From: Lepidodermella squamata
Lineage: Eukaryota; Animalia; Gastrotricha
Length of the DNA: 64,000 nucleotides
Reading direction: 5' to 3'
NCBI GenBank assembly: GCA_047495785.1
Contig: JBLDXI010000001.1
Coordinates: 4,774,001-4,838,000, forward strand
Of this stretch, positions 1 to 12,073 are shown piece after piece; the first letter of the stretch is position 1, and every line of letters starts with the position of its first letter. The notes below the pieces were generated by a model. That model had not been told where the DNA came from and did no database searches. It worked only from the letters and a program-made list of their open reading frames with translations. The position numbers and the translations under genes were made by a program.

Positions 1-863
1 TTCATGTCCTGAATTGGTTTGTATAGATGTGCGTTGTATCCAGGCTGGCATTTTATTGGGCTATCCCCCATTTAAGGTCACCCCATTCGGAGGTAGAGCC
101 CCAACAATTGGGTACGGTCAGATGACCCAGTGGAATACCATTGCAACAGGAATACCATTTTAACAGGAATAGCTTACAACAGGAGCTCTATCCAGAGATG
201 TACCTATGCTGTATCCGTTTGATCACAGAGAATTTCACCAAAACTTCCGAAAACCAGAATGGCTCTCTAAATTTACCAAGGATTTACTAATTAGTAATGC
301 TTCGTACAATGCGTCCACATCGTACAAATCAAGATTTGCTTTTTATAGGGCTACGGTATTCCATTACGGTATCATGATTTTCGTTTTTTAGCATATCAAA
401 GTGACTCTAAACTGCTTAAATTCAACCTCGAAATTTATATACTTTTTCGAATTCGAACTCATTGCATCTCTAAGGATGTGAAGCTCAATTATTGGAATCA
501 GTTTCGCTGATCTTGGATTTGGCTTCACCATGAAGGTATTCTGAAACCATGTTCCTATGGCAGGAATTAATTGACCGGCTTTCACATCAGTTGTTGCCCG
601 ACTCTTACGTAATTTTCACCTCTTTTCATTACAATTATTCATCAGCTGTTTTTTCTTCACGAAACATCCCAGTTTTGAGGTTGTGAGTTCTGTTTGCAGG
701 TCACCAGGGTGCGCGAATTATCTCTGCGCAACATGCATGCGGTCAACCAATTAGTGGGGTAATAAACAAGGAAATCTGATAACGTTGATTATTTACATTT
801 GCCTTGATTCATAGCTTGGGTGTGACGCGCAGTAAATGCGTGATTCTTGCAGATAGCAAGAGC

Positions 864-873
864 GGGGAATTCC
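864..873. promoter_or_regulatory. Candidate NF-kB/Rel site GGGGAATTCC
   Basis: Matches the GGGRNWYYCC consensus, about 1.07 kb upstream of the peptide ATG; a single motif only. Confidence 0.3.
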
Positions 874-1943
874 GGTACCAAAGTTGAAAAAGCATGCGCC
901 GGTATAGTCAAAGTCGAAAGTCGAGCGAATCAGCGAAGATAACACGTGCTTTCTGCGGAACCTCACGGCGTACTCCGGGATCAGAGTCCAGCTTCAGTCA
1001 CTGAGCCACAGCGAAATAGAGGTTGAAAATGTGTCAACTATTAGTAGGCTGCCGGCTACAAAATCATTGAACCTTGTAGCAGCTTTGCGTTGCCGGCAGA
1101 AAAATGACGTAAAACAAGTGTAATAATAGCTTAGAGCTCAGGTGGCTAAATATTCTACTCCGACCCTCAAGCAGACCAGATAAAAATAATTCCGCGTGTC
1201 TCTATGCGAGGTCTGGTACGAAGTCCGAAATATGGGGTCGAGCGAACTCAAATCCATGTCAGCATTATAGTGCTTGTCGGCGAGCGGCGACAATACGACC
1301 ACTAGCAGAGACAGGGCGGGAAAATACCTGACGATGTTACTTCTCAACTTATATATGGGACCTTTAAGGAATAGCGCTGAGTTTGTCGCATGTCCAAAAT
1401 GAGTTTTCTTGGGTTCTTAAGTGATATTGTCGATAAACATTAAGACTACAATATCTAGCTCATAAAAACGATCAATACTGTTCTCTAGGGAAGTTAAGCA
1501 CTACATAATTGAACGTGACAGGCAAAGGATGGATGTCTAATTTAATTGAAAGATGTCAAGTAAAAACAGGGCATGCGGTAACCAATAGTTAATGCCTAGG
1601 ACTGTCTAATGTACTCTGTGACTTCCGTGCGTCATTTCACGAACGGATGGGTCGACAATTAAATGCAACTGGAATAATTGGCGCTAATTTCTGACAACGT
1701 TTTGAAACTAATCGCTGAACCGCAAGACTTAATTTAACGCAGTTACTGGACCATGAATGCCGAATTTCGTTGGAATTGAATGCAAAAGTAGAATTAGGTA
1801 AATTGCACCAAAATTGATAGTCGTTGATGACGAACCCGAACAATTGAATCATTGAGAATATATGACGTGCGCCATCTCTCATTTGAGACATTTATATCCG
1901 CATATAAAAGCGAGGCCATAAGTTTTCTATTATTTGCACAAAA

Positions 1944-2192
1944 ATGAACCGAAGACTTTGCATTATTCTATTCGTACTGATCATCGCTTCCTTTCAGGCA
2001 AAACTTGCCTTAGGAAAGTTGTCGAATCGAAAGATCAGCGGAAAACAACTGACGATGTCTGATGTCAAGCAACTGATGCTCGATGCCTCGCTGAATGATG
2101 ACTTGGCTGGCATGGCTGTGAAAGCTCTCGACAACATGACTCGAGGCCTGTGTCGAACCGTTTGCGATTGTCCGGTATGTATAAGCAATTGA
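1944..2192 (+). CDS. Secreted small cysteine-rich peptide precursor (signal + pro + 4-Cys mature peptide), 82 aa
   Basis: aaaaATG start, hydrophobic signal (MNRRLCIILFVLIIASFQA), TATAAAA at 1903-1909, AATAAA at 2439 and 2454, C-terminal R|GLCRTVCDCPVCISN. Confidence 0.7.
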   Translation: MNRRLCIILFVLIIASFQAKLALGKLSNRKISGKQLTMSDVKQLMLDASLNDDLAGMAVKALDNMTRGLCRTVCDCPVCISN

Positions 2193-2486
2193 GTCATCAG
2201 TTTGAGTTCATTTTTTGCAATGCTTTTCTACAGCTTAAAGTCCACGATTGCTTGCGAGAGACTCCACAGTACCGGCTCATGTTCATCACTGCTCATTGTA
2301 AGAAATCGCGCAAAGCAGCAAAGAAAGAGTCGACTTATTCGAGTAGATGTAAACGATTCGCTTAGTCGAATGATGATTTGGTGTTAAAAAGGCAAACAAA
2401 ATCCCCGGTTTCATGAGCATTCGATCATTTCTAGTCGAAATAAAATGCCCCGAAATAAAAAAAATGGTTAGACGGAGAGAGGTCCT

Positions 2487-3899
2487 TTATTCACCAGCGG
2501 ATCTCACAAGATTACTAGCAACAAGAACGATCAACGAGACAAACATCTGAAATGAGTGGCATTTGTAATTTGAGGAACCGGATTTAGCATCATAGCAAGC
2601 TTTTATCTTCGAGTTGTAGAAATCAAGGGTTGATGGAAGCCGGCAGCCGTAAGCTCCACCCTTGTGAACCCTCACCCAATCAGCGCAGGTCGCATTTTTA
2701 GCCGCTAGTTCACCGCCTAAACAAGCTATGCCGAAGCGAGACATGTATCGCTGGATGCATAGCTCAGCACATTGGCGATCGTTGACGCAGCGAGCGTAGC
2801 CACCGCCGTCAATGTCGCAGTCGAGGTAGTAGGCCCATGATAAGAGGTACGGACCGCATGCAGCACCAACGCAGCCAATTTTGTCATTACAGCCTGTTTC
2901 GGCTTTGCATAGGCAATCTAAACAATCCCGGTCGACTAGTTTATCGAAATTTCCCGCTGGAATGACGTTGGGAACATTCGGAATCCGATTTTCTCTGCAA
3001 TAAATAAGAAACAGCAGTCAGAAATATAATTAGTGTAGAGGATAGGGTATCTCTTTGCTAGAGAAACTTTATAAGTGAATTCCGCGAGGAAAATTTCGAT
3101 GAAATAATACGCTTACGATTGGTGTATTAGCTTTCCTGCCTAAATTAATTTGATTTGATAAGACTCCTCAGAGAGGCAAGAAAGTCCAGAATAAGGGCCA
3201 TGTGTATTTTCGAAACTCATAATAAACGGTCAAAGTTGGGAATAAGGTCAATATTTCAACTCACGGAGCTGCTGATGGACGTATTGACGGGGAGGGATAG
3301 CCCATTTTTCGCTCATAACATAGTGTAACTTCGTTCCAGAACGACTGAGCCATTTGCGAATCACAAGCTTGGATGGGTCCTCCGAAAGGCATGCGTTGAA
3401 AAGCTCCACAGGTCGGTGTGAATCCTCGTCTACATGAATAACCCTTCCGCACCATGTACCGCGAGATGCATCTCTCGGCACAGAGTCGGTCATTCGCACA
3501 GGCCTCGAAATTTCCCGGCTGGCCAGGCCGAGGAATGGTGATATTCAGAGTGCTGCCAACAACTATGTAGCTGCATTCTTGCTCGTAGAAAATTTTCGAT
3601 AGCTGATAGGGGCCGCAGTAACCTGTTGAGTTGTCACAGCCAACGTTATAATTGCAGGTGCCAGTCGCTTGTTGACAAATACAGGAGAAGCAGTTCTGGT
3701 CAACTTGTTGCTGGGATTGAGCCAATAAATTGGGCCACGCTGTAACTACAGGCGGAAAAGTGGGGAACGTCGGAAAGGGAGGTGGTGTTGGTAATGCAGG
3801 AAACGTGAATTGGTAAACCGGGTTTTTGTCATCACTTGAGTCCAATTTAGCCGCAAAGATAGGTGCCGGAATGCATAAAATGACAAGTGCCAAAATCAT
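2487..3899 (-). CDS. Two-domain invertebrate-type (i-type/destabilase) lysozyme, 380 aa, 2 exons (3899-3265, 2994-2487)
   Basis: Signal peptide and Pro-rich linker. Domain 1: CFSCICQQATG..CGPYQLS..CAERCISRYM..GGP. A GTGAGT..TTGCAG intron (3264-2995) joins in frame to domain 2: CLDCLCKAETGC..CGPYLLSWAYY..CIQRYM..RVHKGG. Hydrophobic C-terminal tail. Confidence 0.85.
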
Positions 3900-4330
3900 G
3901 AAGAGCTTTGAAAAACGATGGCGTAAAAGTTACATATATGAAGACTTGTTCAGACGTTCAGACGTTCTAACATCAAGGTGTCGCAAAAAACTGTTGGTAC
4001 CTAGGTTAAGTATACAGTTTTTTCAATGCATGAATGTGGCGTTTTCGTCACAGTAAAGACAGCGTAGCACTTGCGAGCGGCAACATGGACCTCACGCAAA
4101 AAGTCATGTTGATGGTTTAAACGTTCTTTCACTGGGACTGAGTACGGCACGGAATCGCAAATATTTACCAAATTTCTATGATTTATTATAATTATACAAG
4201 GATTTTAATAATAATTTTATTAACCCACAACATCACGACAAGTTTTATAACCACTGAAGTAGTGTCAAATTTCACACATTTCCATAAAAAAGTAATGTAC
4301 TTCTGCGTTTGCGCAATAAAATAATTGAAA

Positions 4331-7300
4331 TTACAGCTTTTGATAACGTGGGATCACCAGTTCATTTTCATTTATTTTGATTTTTAAAAGATCTTCCAAT
4401 TGACGAAATGAAGGTCTTTCGCTTTCCACCATAGCCCAACATGGCATGAGAATGCCTTCGTAAACCTCCAATGGGCATTTCTGTGGCTTCTCAAGCTTCT
4501 TTCCTGCTGTAATCTGGATGATTGCATTGCAATTGTCCATTTCTTCGTAAGGTATGGCGGTGCATTCTACGATTGAAAAAATTTGCTCATGAAGTATAAC
4601 TAATTCCAATTGCGATTTTACCTGAAAAGATTTCCCATATAGTGACTCCAAAAGACCAGACGTCACTTTTAGGTGCAAATGTGAGTCGTTGGATGGATTC
4701 AGGTGGATACCATCGAACAGGTATCATGAGCTGTCCATTGCTTGTAGCCTTATAGTAGAGACTCGCATCCACTAGAATTCGCGACATCCCAAAGTCACTA
4801 ATTTTCAAAACCGTTTCGTCTGAAACCAGGACATTGCGGCAGGCCAAATCGCGATGTAAACAGTTTTTCGACGATAGATAAACCATGCCGCGGCATATTT
4901 GAAGGCAATATCCGAGAAGATCCTCCACATCTGAACCACCTTCGCTTGCTTTCTGTTTCAAGTACTGGTTGAGGCCCCCTTTCGCCATGAAAGGTACAGC
5001 TATGCAGGGCTTGTCGAATAGAGCTGCAACTCCAATTAATGGAAGGACATTTTCATGGTCGAAATCTTTCATAATAATAACTTCTCGGATAAAATCTGTA
5101 ATATTCTCAGAGCAGTCGGGTCGTATGGTTTTAATAGCTGCCAAAATGTCGCCCGAATCTGCTTGCTTTAAGACAGCTTTGTATACAGATCCGAACTGGC
5201 CCTCTCCTATTAGTTCTTTCATCTCGACTAAGTGCGGCCTGAGAGTTATACTATCGAGCTCTGCAACAACTTCCTCGGCAATCGGCAAGTTTTTCCAGAG
5301 GCATGCTAGGTCGCCAATCGCTGTGATATAATTTAATTCGTTTGATGGGCGCGACATGAATGCCAAGTTCGTCAGCTTCCTTTTAAGCCGCTGGGCCCGT
5401 TTTCTAAAGTAGAACATCGCCGCCAAAACTGCCAGAACGAAAACTAGCAATACGCTGACAATTGTGATAACTATATTCGCTATGTAAGGAAACAATATAA
5501 CATTTAATCGTTAATAAAGTATTCAAAAAGCTCCAACCAAAACCAAAACCCAAACCAAAAATTATAACTTACTTATAGAGCTATCCGAGATTTGGCTTTC
5601 GACAAATTGGGTTGAAGTTGAAATTCCTTCCGTTGTATTGATCTCAACGGTTACATCTTCGCTGGACTGATAAATCATAGGGCACGGCTGGTTATAAGGC
5701 ATAGCTGAACAACCAGCTGTTCTCCTAATTTCATCAACTTTCGGCAATATGCTCCTGAATTTAACTGGCATCCCGGGTTCGCAAACACGATTCGCACTTC
5801 TAACATATATTCCAACCAGGACGAACCTCTTTCTCATCATTGTCATATCATCGTTTGGAATTGTGAGTAAGAGAGAGGAACCGTTCATGAAGTCACACGG
5901 AGTGAGTTCATCGTAGCTTGGTGCTGTGAAGCAGAAATCATCGTTCAAAGACTCGGCATTTTCCGAAAGGTGTCCGGCACATTCAGCTCTTGCAATTAAA
6001 CGACCTGTGATGTATCGGTAAGGGGCTTTGCGCCGACCTGGCAGTGCGATAGCGTAGGCTAAGCCATGCCACATCATGTTTTGGTCACAGCACGTTGGCA
6101 AACAAACACTATTAGCTTCGGGGAAGGTATTTGAAAATCTTTCCATGCTGAAATCTCCGATTCGAACAGCATAGCTAAAACTTTCACACGATGTAATAAC
6201 AGTAAATTCATCCAACAGTGTTCCGATGCACTGAGGGTTTGTATCGTCCGGAAGCAGTACGATAAACGGGAACTGCCCCTGCCTTCCTGGGGTTGGCGCG
6301 TTGGCGGGAATTGCGACTTCCACGTTCTGTCTGTAAGATGTACCACATATTCTCCGCGAGCCAACTAATCGATTAGCTTCTTGAACTTGAACTAACTCAT
6401 CTCCCGATAGGCTCGTCTCGTAAATAGAGACGCCGGCTATAGCGTCCCTTCCACCAGCATCTGTTGCAGGAAATTTTGAAGATAGGCCCAAAGATACCCC
6501 AGAGATTGCTGTCCACCAATTGTTCGACACGGTCTGCTTTGGGGGTTTTTCGATTTGGAAAACGCAGGTATGGTTGTTGAAAACTCGAAGCCAGGGTTGA
6601 TTTACATAAGAAGAAAACACCAATGCGATGAAGACCCATTCCTTGACGCGAAATAATCCAGGTATTTGAACTGGTTCTGTATTGTTTGAAAAGAGCATCA
6701 TTAGGCCCAAGTTTTGCGATCCCAGGTGAAGCAGGTTTGGTTTTAATTCAGCAATGCCGATTAAAGCGGTATATACTGCACCTCGATAGAAGTAAAAAGA
6801 GATTGAAAAACCGAGTGATGAGCGCATAGGCTGCTTTAGGTCGTCAGCGCTTAGCAACAAACCATTGACCCGAATGCCGGATAAGCCGTCAAATAATCCA
6901 TCAGCCATGACATTTTTCGTTACGTAATTTGAAATAGTGTTCGTGAGATGGCGTGGTCCTAAGTCAGAAACGTGGTGTTTCTTGGATAAAGGCCAAAATG
7001 CAACTAGAGAAAACGATTTGGGCATTTCTATAGCTGAAACACTACCAGGTACATAAAGGTGAGAATGCAAAGGTTACAAACCCAATGATACTGAGGACAA
7101 CGACACCCGTTCATCATCCAGCAATTTTCGCAGTTCCTCAAGCAATTCTCCTTCTGTTTGTTGCTCGGCATCGAACTTGAATAACTTATTTATCACGCAA
7201 ACAAAATGCGCCACGATTGCGCCAGTGGATGAATCATTACTCATTGTGTAAATGAACGATGAGGGGCGTTTAGTTGATAACTTGGAAAATGCTGTAATCA

Positions 7301-8686
7301 TCTTATATCGAAAGGAATAGAAAATAATGTGCTAGGCCATTAAACTTGTGAAACGATCATACAATTTGGGATATTTTGTGAGATGTTTTCAAGTAATCGA
7401 AGCTGATTTGATCCGTTATCCCGGCAGTCGGCTCAACACCCAGCTCTAGGTATGTTCCGACGATTTTAACTGAATAGCACGATAAATGACCTGCTTATAG
7501 TATGAAAAAATCCTAGCTCACCAGGCTGTTCGCTTGCACTAATAGTATTGATTTCCCGACATTGGCTGACGACCCCGGCCAGCTCGCTTCGATTTAGAGC
7601 TTGATTGTAGCAAACCAAACAAGAAAACGCATCCAGGTGTAATACGAAGCCGTTTTTTGTGAACTTCCAAAATAAGAATGCAGATGAATGTAAAAACAAG
7701 AATGCTGAAGATTCCTTGGGCCTTCTTAAATTTGCAATTACTCGAATTCAACGCTTAATTTTTCACGAAGTAATTCATGAATATGGTATTTTCCAAGGGC
7801 TATCCAATAGTATAAGATTTGTAGAAATTGAAGCGAAATTGAGTGAACTAAGAAGAACTTAAAAGATCTTTTCTGCACATTACTATAGTTCGAAATCCGA
7901 TAAAATCCCACCATAGCTTGAACCCAGACTTATACTTGTTCTTTATATTCTGAAGCTTACCGTTTCAGGTAAATCCTCGTCAATGAACTCGAACATCACA
8001 TCCCCAACAAGAACGCTGTTTTGTCGGGTCGGATTTGTAATCAATTGCGTTTGAAGTGGTGTCAGATCCACCTCGGCTATCGCGCATGGTTCATAATCAG
8101 GCTCCACACCCAGGAAAGCCATAAAACTGTCGTTGCTTCCGCTGGTAATTGCAAAGAAATACCACGTGCGACGCTGCCAGGCTGCCTCGACATCAACGAA
8201 TACCCCTGAACTCGAATTGCTGCTATGGTAAGCCCCGATTCTCAGAATCCTTTTTTGATTCACAACAACAAGGCCTATAAAGAGGCTGTAAACTCGTTCT
8301 TGATACGTCAGCACGCCAATTTTACGCTCGTCGATTGAATCGCTGTAGAAAAATATCGATACAGTAGTCTGCCTTGAAGCGAAGTAGCTCTGGCGCATTG
8401 TGAAATGTGACAGTCTAGCGTGATAGGCAAGTCGACGAGACCTGGCTGCTACGCTTGGCCCTAGGGCATAGGCACTTTGCAGATACCCGAAAGGCCCCGC
8501 CTGTCTTGTAGTTGTAGCACTTTGGTCTGTGAAATAACTCTCGAGATAAGTGCCGTTGCTTGCTATATCAGATGAGCCATGTTTCAAATCATAGGTAACA
8601 AGCAAAACAGCTTGCTTGCTCTCAAAACTTGCTGCTCCAAAAGGTAAAACAATAAGCCGTAAAACAGTAACCAAGATGGTATCCAT
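4331..8686 (-). CDS. Receptor tyrosine kinase with Met-like kinase domain; 7 exons (8686-7961, 7663-7522, 7469-~7363, 7301-7082, 7033-5573, 5479-4622, 4566-4331)
   Basis: Signal peptide; TM helix IVITIVSVLLVFVLAVLAAMFYF-RKR; kinase motifs GEGQFG, AIK, HRDLACRN, DFG, PVRW, SDVWSFGV. All GT-AG junctions keep frame; the exon 2 acceptor is the least certain. Confidence 0.85.
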
Positions 8687-10353
8687 CTTTTTTCAAGTTT
8701 TCTTGGCACGGATATTTTTCAGCTCTGATTCTTTGTTTCTCTTTCTTCTCCAATCTTATTGCGCTTTTTATTGGCACGCTTAATAACTGCAATTTTAATT
8801 ACGCAAGTTGCTCTAGTTACATTTTGAATTTTTATCGGCGATATTCTAGCGGCATATGTTTTCAATTCGCCGTTAGGAACGTGGTGAACATGGCATCTTT
8901 ATAAAGGCCTGTTGTTAGGTTTATTTTTTTCAGTTGCCGCTTCGACCAGAAAAAAATCACATACAAGGAGAAATGAAATCAGTTTGTGAACGGGTCTGTA
9001 TGCGATTTTTCTTCGCCAACGCATACGACCCCGGCAAAAAACTTATTACAAATTACATCCACATTTTTTCATTTGGATTTCATCAAAAATCAATGGCAAT
9101 AAGTCTACGTCATAAGTCATGATCACGCTATTTTTTGGAGTAAAATGTAGGTACCTTGCAGGCAATTATTACCCTAACGGTTTTAATAAACTAACTGCGA
9201 TGTGATGGGAATAGGTGGCCATTCTTCCCTTGCCATCGCCCTCTTCCAAATTCAAAAATTGGAGGGCTATATTATGATGTTTTGTCTATCAAAGGGAAAT
9301 AGGAAATAGGAATATTATCATTAAGGCATCTTAGGCCAGATTTGCGCAGTCAGAGTCCAACTACGTGTTGCTCTGATGGTCGATATGATAGCATCAACAG
9401 CGCTTGGCAGCACGCGATTCTTTCAATTGATTAATATGGTACGAAAAAAATCACACCCACCAACCCGACCAGCCCCACTATCGCGACCGAGCCCGCAACA
9501 AGTAGTTGGACTTTGACACTGCATATCGAGACTAAGATGAATCTGAAGTATTATTTGCTTTCTCGAAGGGAGCATTGTGGCGATGCGTTGGAAGATTCAA
9601 ATAGATCGTGCTTCAAATGCGTTTTTGATAAATGTAAGCCAGAGAAGCCAGTTCAATTCCCACCAACAGGTCTGCCACCCTGTGACACAATTCTTCCATG
9701 CGTCAGGTAGATTGTGTGGTTTTCCATATGCATAAGCTTGATATTTTAAACTAGTATATTAAAAATTAAAACTCAGGAAATATATAAATGACTGCCCTAA
9801 AGCGGCATCTGGTGACGGTTCGGATGATTGCTCAAATGAAGGTTATGATAGTCGTTAAAGCAAGGAGTTGAAATAGCAGCAGAAAATATTGCCAGAAAAA
9901 CAGTAAAGAATCATTTATCACTCTGTAACAAAGCTCAGAGGTATTATGAATCTCAATCATTTTAACATTAAACAAAGCAGAAAGACGAAATTTTACTGCC
10001 CATCGCTGAGCTGATAGTTCTATGATCCCATAAAGATTCACACAGCTCATCATTAACGCTGGACGAACACAAGTCTTCGTGTTCAATAATTTATACCTTC
10101 CAAGCCGAAATCTGAATCGCGTAGAAAATTCATTCGCATGCTCTGAAATCTGACATTTTCTCGGTCAGTGGATTTCCTGTTGCATTTCATGTAATCTCCA
10201 TCAGCCATGCTATGCGAGCGATTACATGGATTTGTTGCGTAGACCTGAGTTTTCCTAGTGAGTTTTCCTAATAGATGCAGGCCAACTCATGCTGAACGAT
10301 TCGTTCATCATCATTATATATCTATCAAACTCATAAACATCGCACAACTAAAA

Positions 10354-11390
10354 ATGCCACAACAAGCAGCAGCTTCCAGGTACCGAAAGCCTTTACTGTG
10401 GTCACTTCCCGTGGCAGCTTTCATTTTTCTTATCATAATATACATACTCAATGCGAAACTGTCATCGCCCTTCGCAAAGACGTATGACCCAGAGTATAAA
10501 TTGTTTCAAGCCGAAATGGAGTGGCGAACTAGCTATGGTCTAGGCCATTTCTGCAGGCCTTTTTCTCCTCTGGACTTTCAGCCAAAGTGAGCCATACCTA
10601 ATCAATCAGGTGAATTCTTTCATGCATCTTTCATGATTTGACAGGACTGAAGCCAGCCAAGAAAACTCCCCGACTTCTCTGCCTGATTTCTATGCTCCTG
10701 TCAACCGGTCCACTATTTTCTACGACAGATGCAACCGGCCAGGTGTTATCGCACTGACTTACGATGATGGACCAACGTATGTTTTTACGAAATTTAATGA
10801 GCAAAGATGTAATTTCGTCCTAATCCATCAACAGAATGTTTGTAACAGGCTTACTCGACCAGCTCAAACACTACGGCATGCCTGCAACATTTTTCGTCAT
10901 TGGCAATCAAATATCGCGTCGGGAGAAGATTTTGAGAAGAATCATCGAGGAAGGCCACGTGATCGCGTCACACACCTTCGATCACCTTAACCTCAGAAAG
11001 CTGACCCGTGAAGAAATTGTCGCGCAAATGGAACTAACTGACCAAGCTATTTGGGCAGCGATTGGCCGGAAACCTGTCTACATGCGGCCGCCTTACTTTG
11101 AGTATGACACTAAGGTGCTCGATGTCATGCGTGACCTTGGTTACATCGCCGTCGAGGCGAACGTCGATACGAAAGATTGGAAATACGACAACCCGTCGAG
11201 GACAGCGGAAACGTTTCAGAGATGTATTTTGGATGATCCGGATAGGTTCAACAAGTCATACATAGTCCTTCTGCATAACAATGTGCCAGCTACGCTGCGG
11301 GATAGCGACGAGTACTTGAATTTGGTTAAAGATTCAGGGCTCATACCTGTGACAATAGAGCAGTGTATCGGAATTAGTCCTTATCGCTAA
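10354..11390 (+). CDS. CE4/NodB polysaccharide (chitin-type) deacetylase with N-terminal membrane anchor; 3 exons (10354-10586, 10645-10776, 10835-11390)
   Basis: Spliced motifs IALTYDDGP, ATFFVIG, HTFDH, MRPPY, DTKDW, IVLLHN; N-terminal TM segment. Confidence 0.9.
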
Positions 11391-12073
11391 ACTTATAATT
11401 GCATCGCTTTTACTTTAAAGCCACCTCAATAAAATTATTCCAACTGTTCGTTCACTTGCGAGCAATTGGATGCCGTATGAAACCCGCTTAAGTTCAAGAG
11501 ATCGGGTGGTGCGATTAGTCCCATCTCAAGCTAGTGATGTCGAACTAGGTTTGGTGGGATTCTTCTCACAGTGCCGAAAAGGTCTAGCTAGCTGGTGAGC
11601 TTTCCAAATTTCAAGGGAGACGGGAAACAAAGCATACACATTCAAGACCCTAAACTTCGCAATTCAAATGGATTGAAGTTTGTTCGAAAAAGGAGACGTG
11701 ACAGCCAATTCCGGCCCTCCTTCACACTTTTTTCAAATAAGAAGGGGTTTTGCGCATCACTGAGTGTGCATCATCAAATTTCTTACACCGCACTGGAAAC
11801 ATACATCTGGAAAAGCACTTCTCACGGGTCAAATCTGTTCGGCGTTCTAATCGCTTCAAACATCACCCCTTTGACTCGAACCACAATGTGTCTAGCACCT
11901 TCTTTAACAAAATCACCAAAACGCAAGAAAGCAAGAAGACAAAACGGTTTTATTCGTGTTTTCACGGTATATAAGAATGACACAGAAAAAGACATCGAAT
12001 GTCAACACCGAGTGCTGTAGTGAGCTAAAAAATCAACGAGAAGCCAGCCGCAAAAAGAGAGCCGTGCGTATTT

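Noticed and set aside
133-185. Short imperfect tandem repeat (ggaataccatt/acagga)
   Set aside because: Only about 3 degenerate units, probably part of a repeat cut by the window edge
2487-3899. Two separate lysozyme genes
   Set aside because: The downstream domain has no signal peptide, and a consensus intron joins both parts in frame
11595-12020. 141-aa plus-strand ORF
   Set aside because: No ATG-supported model or motif; lies in the convergent 3'UTR region
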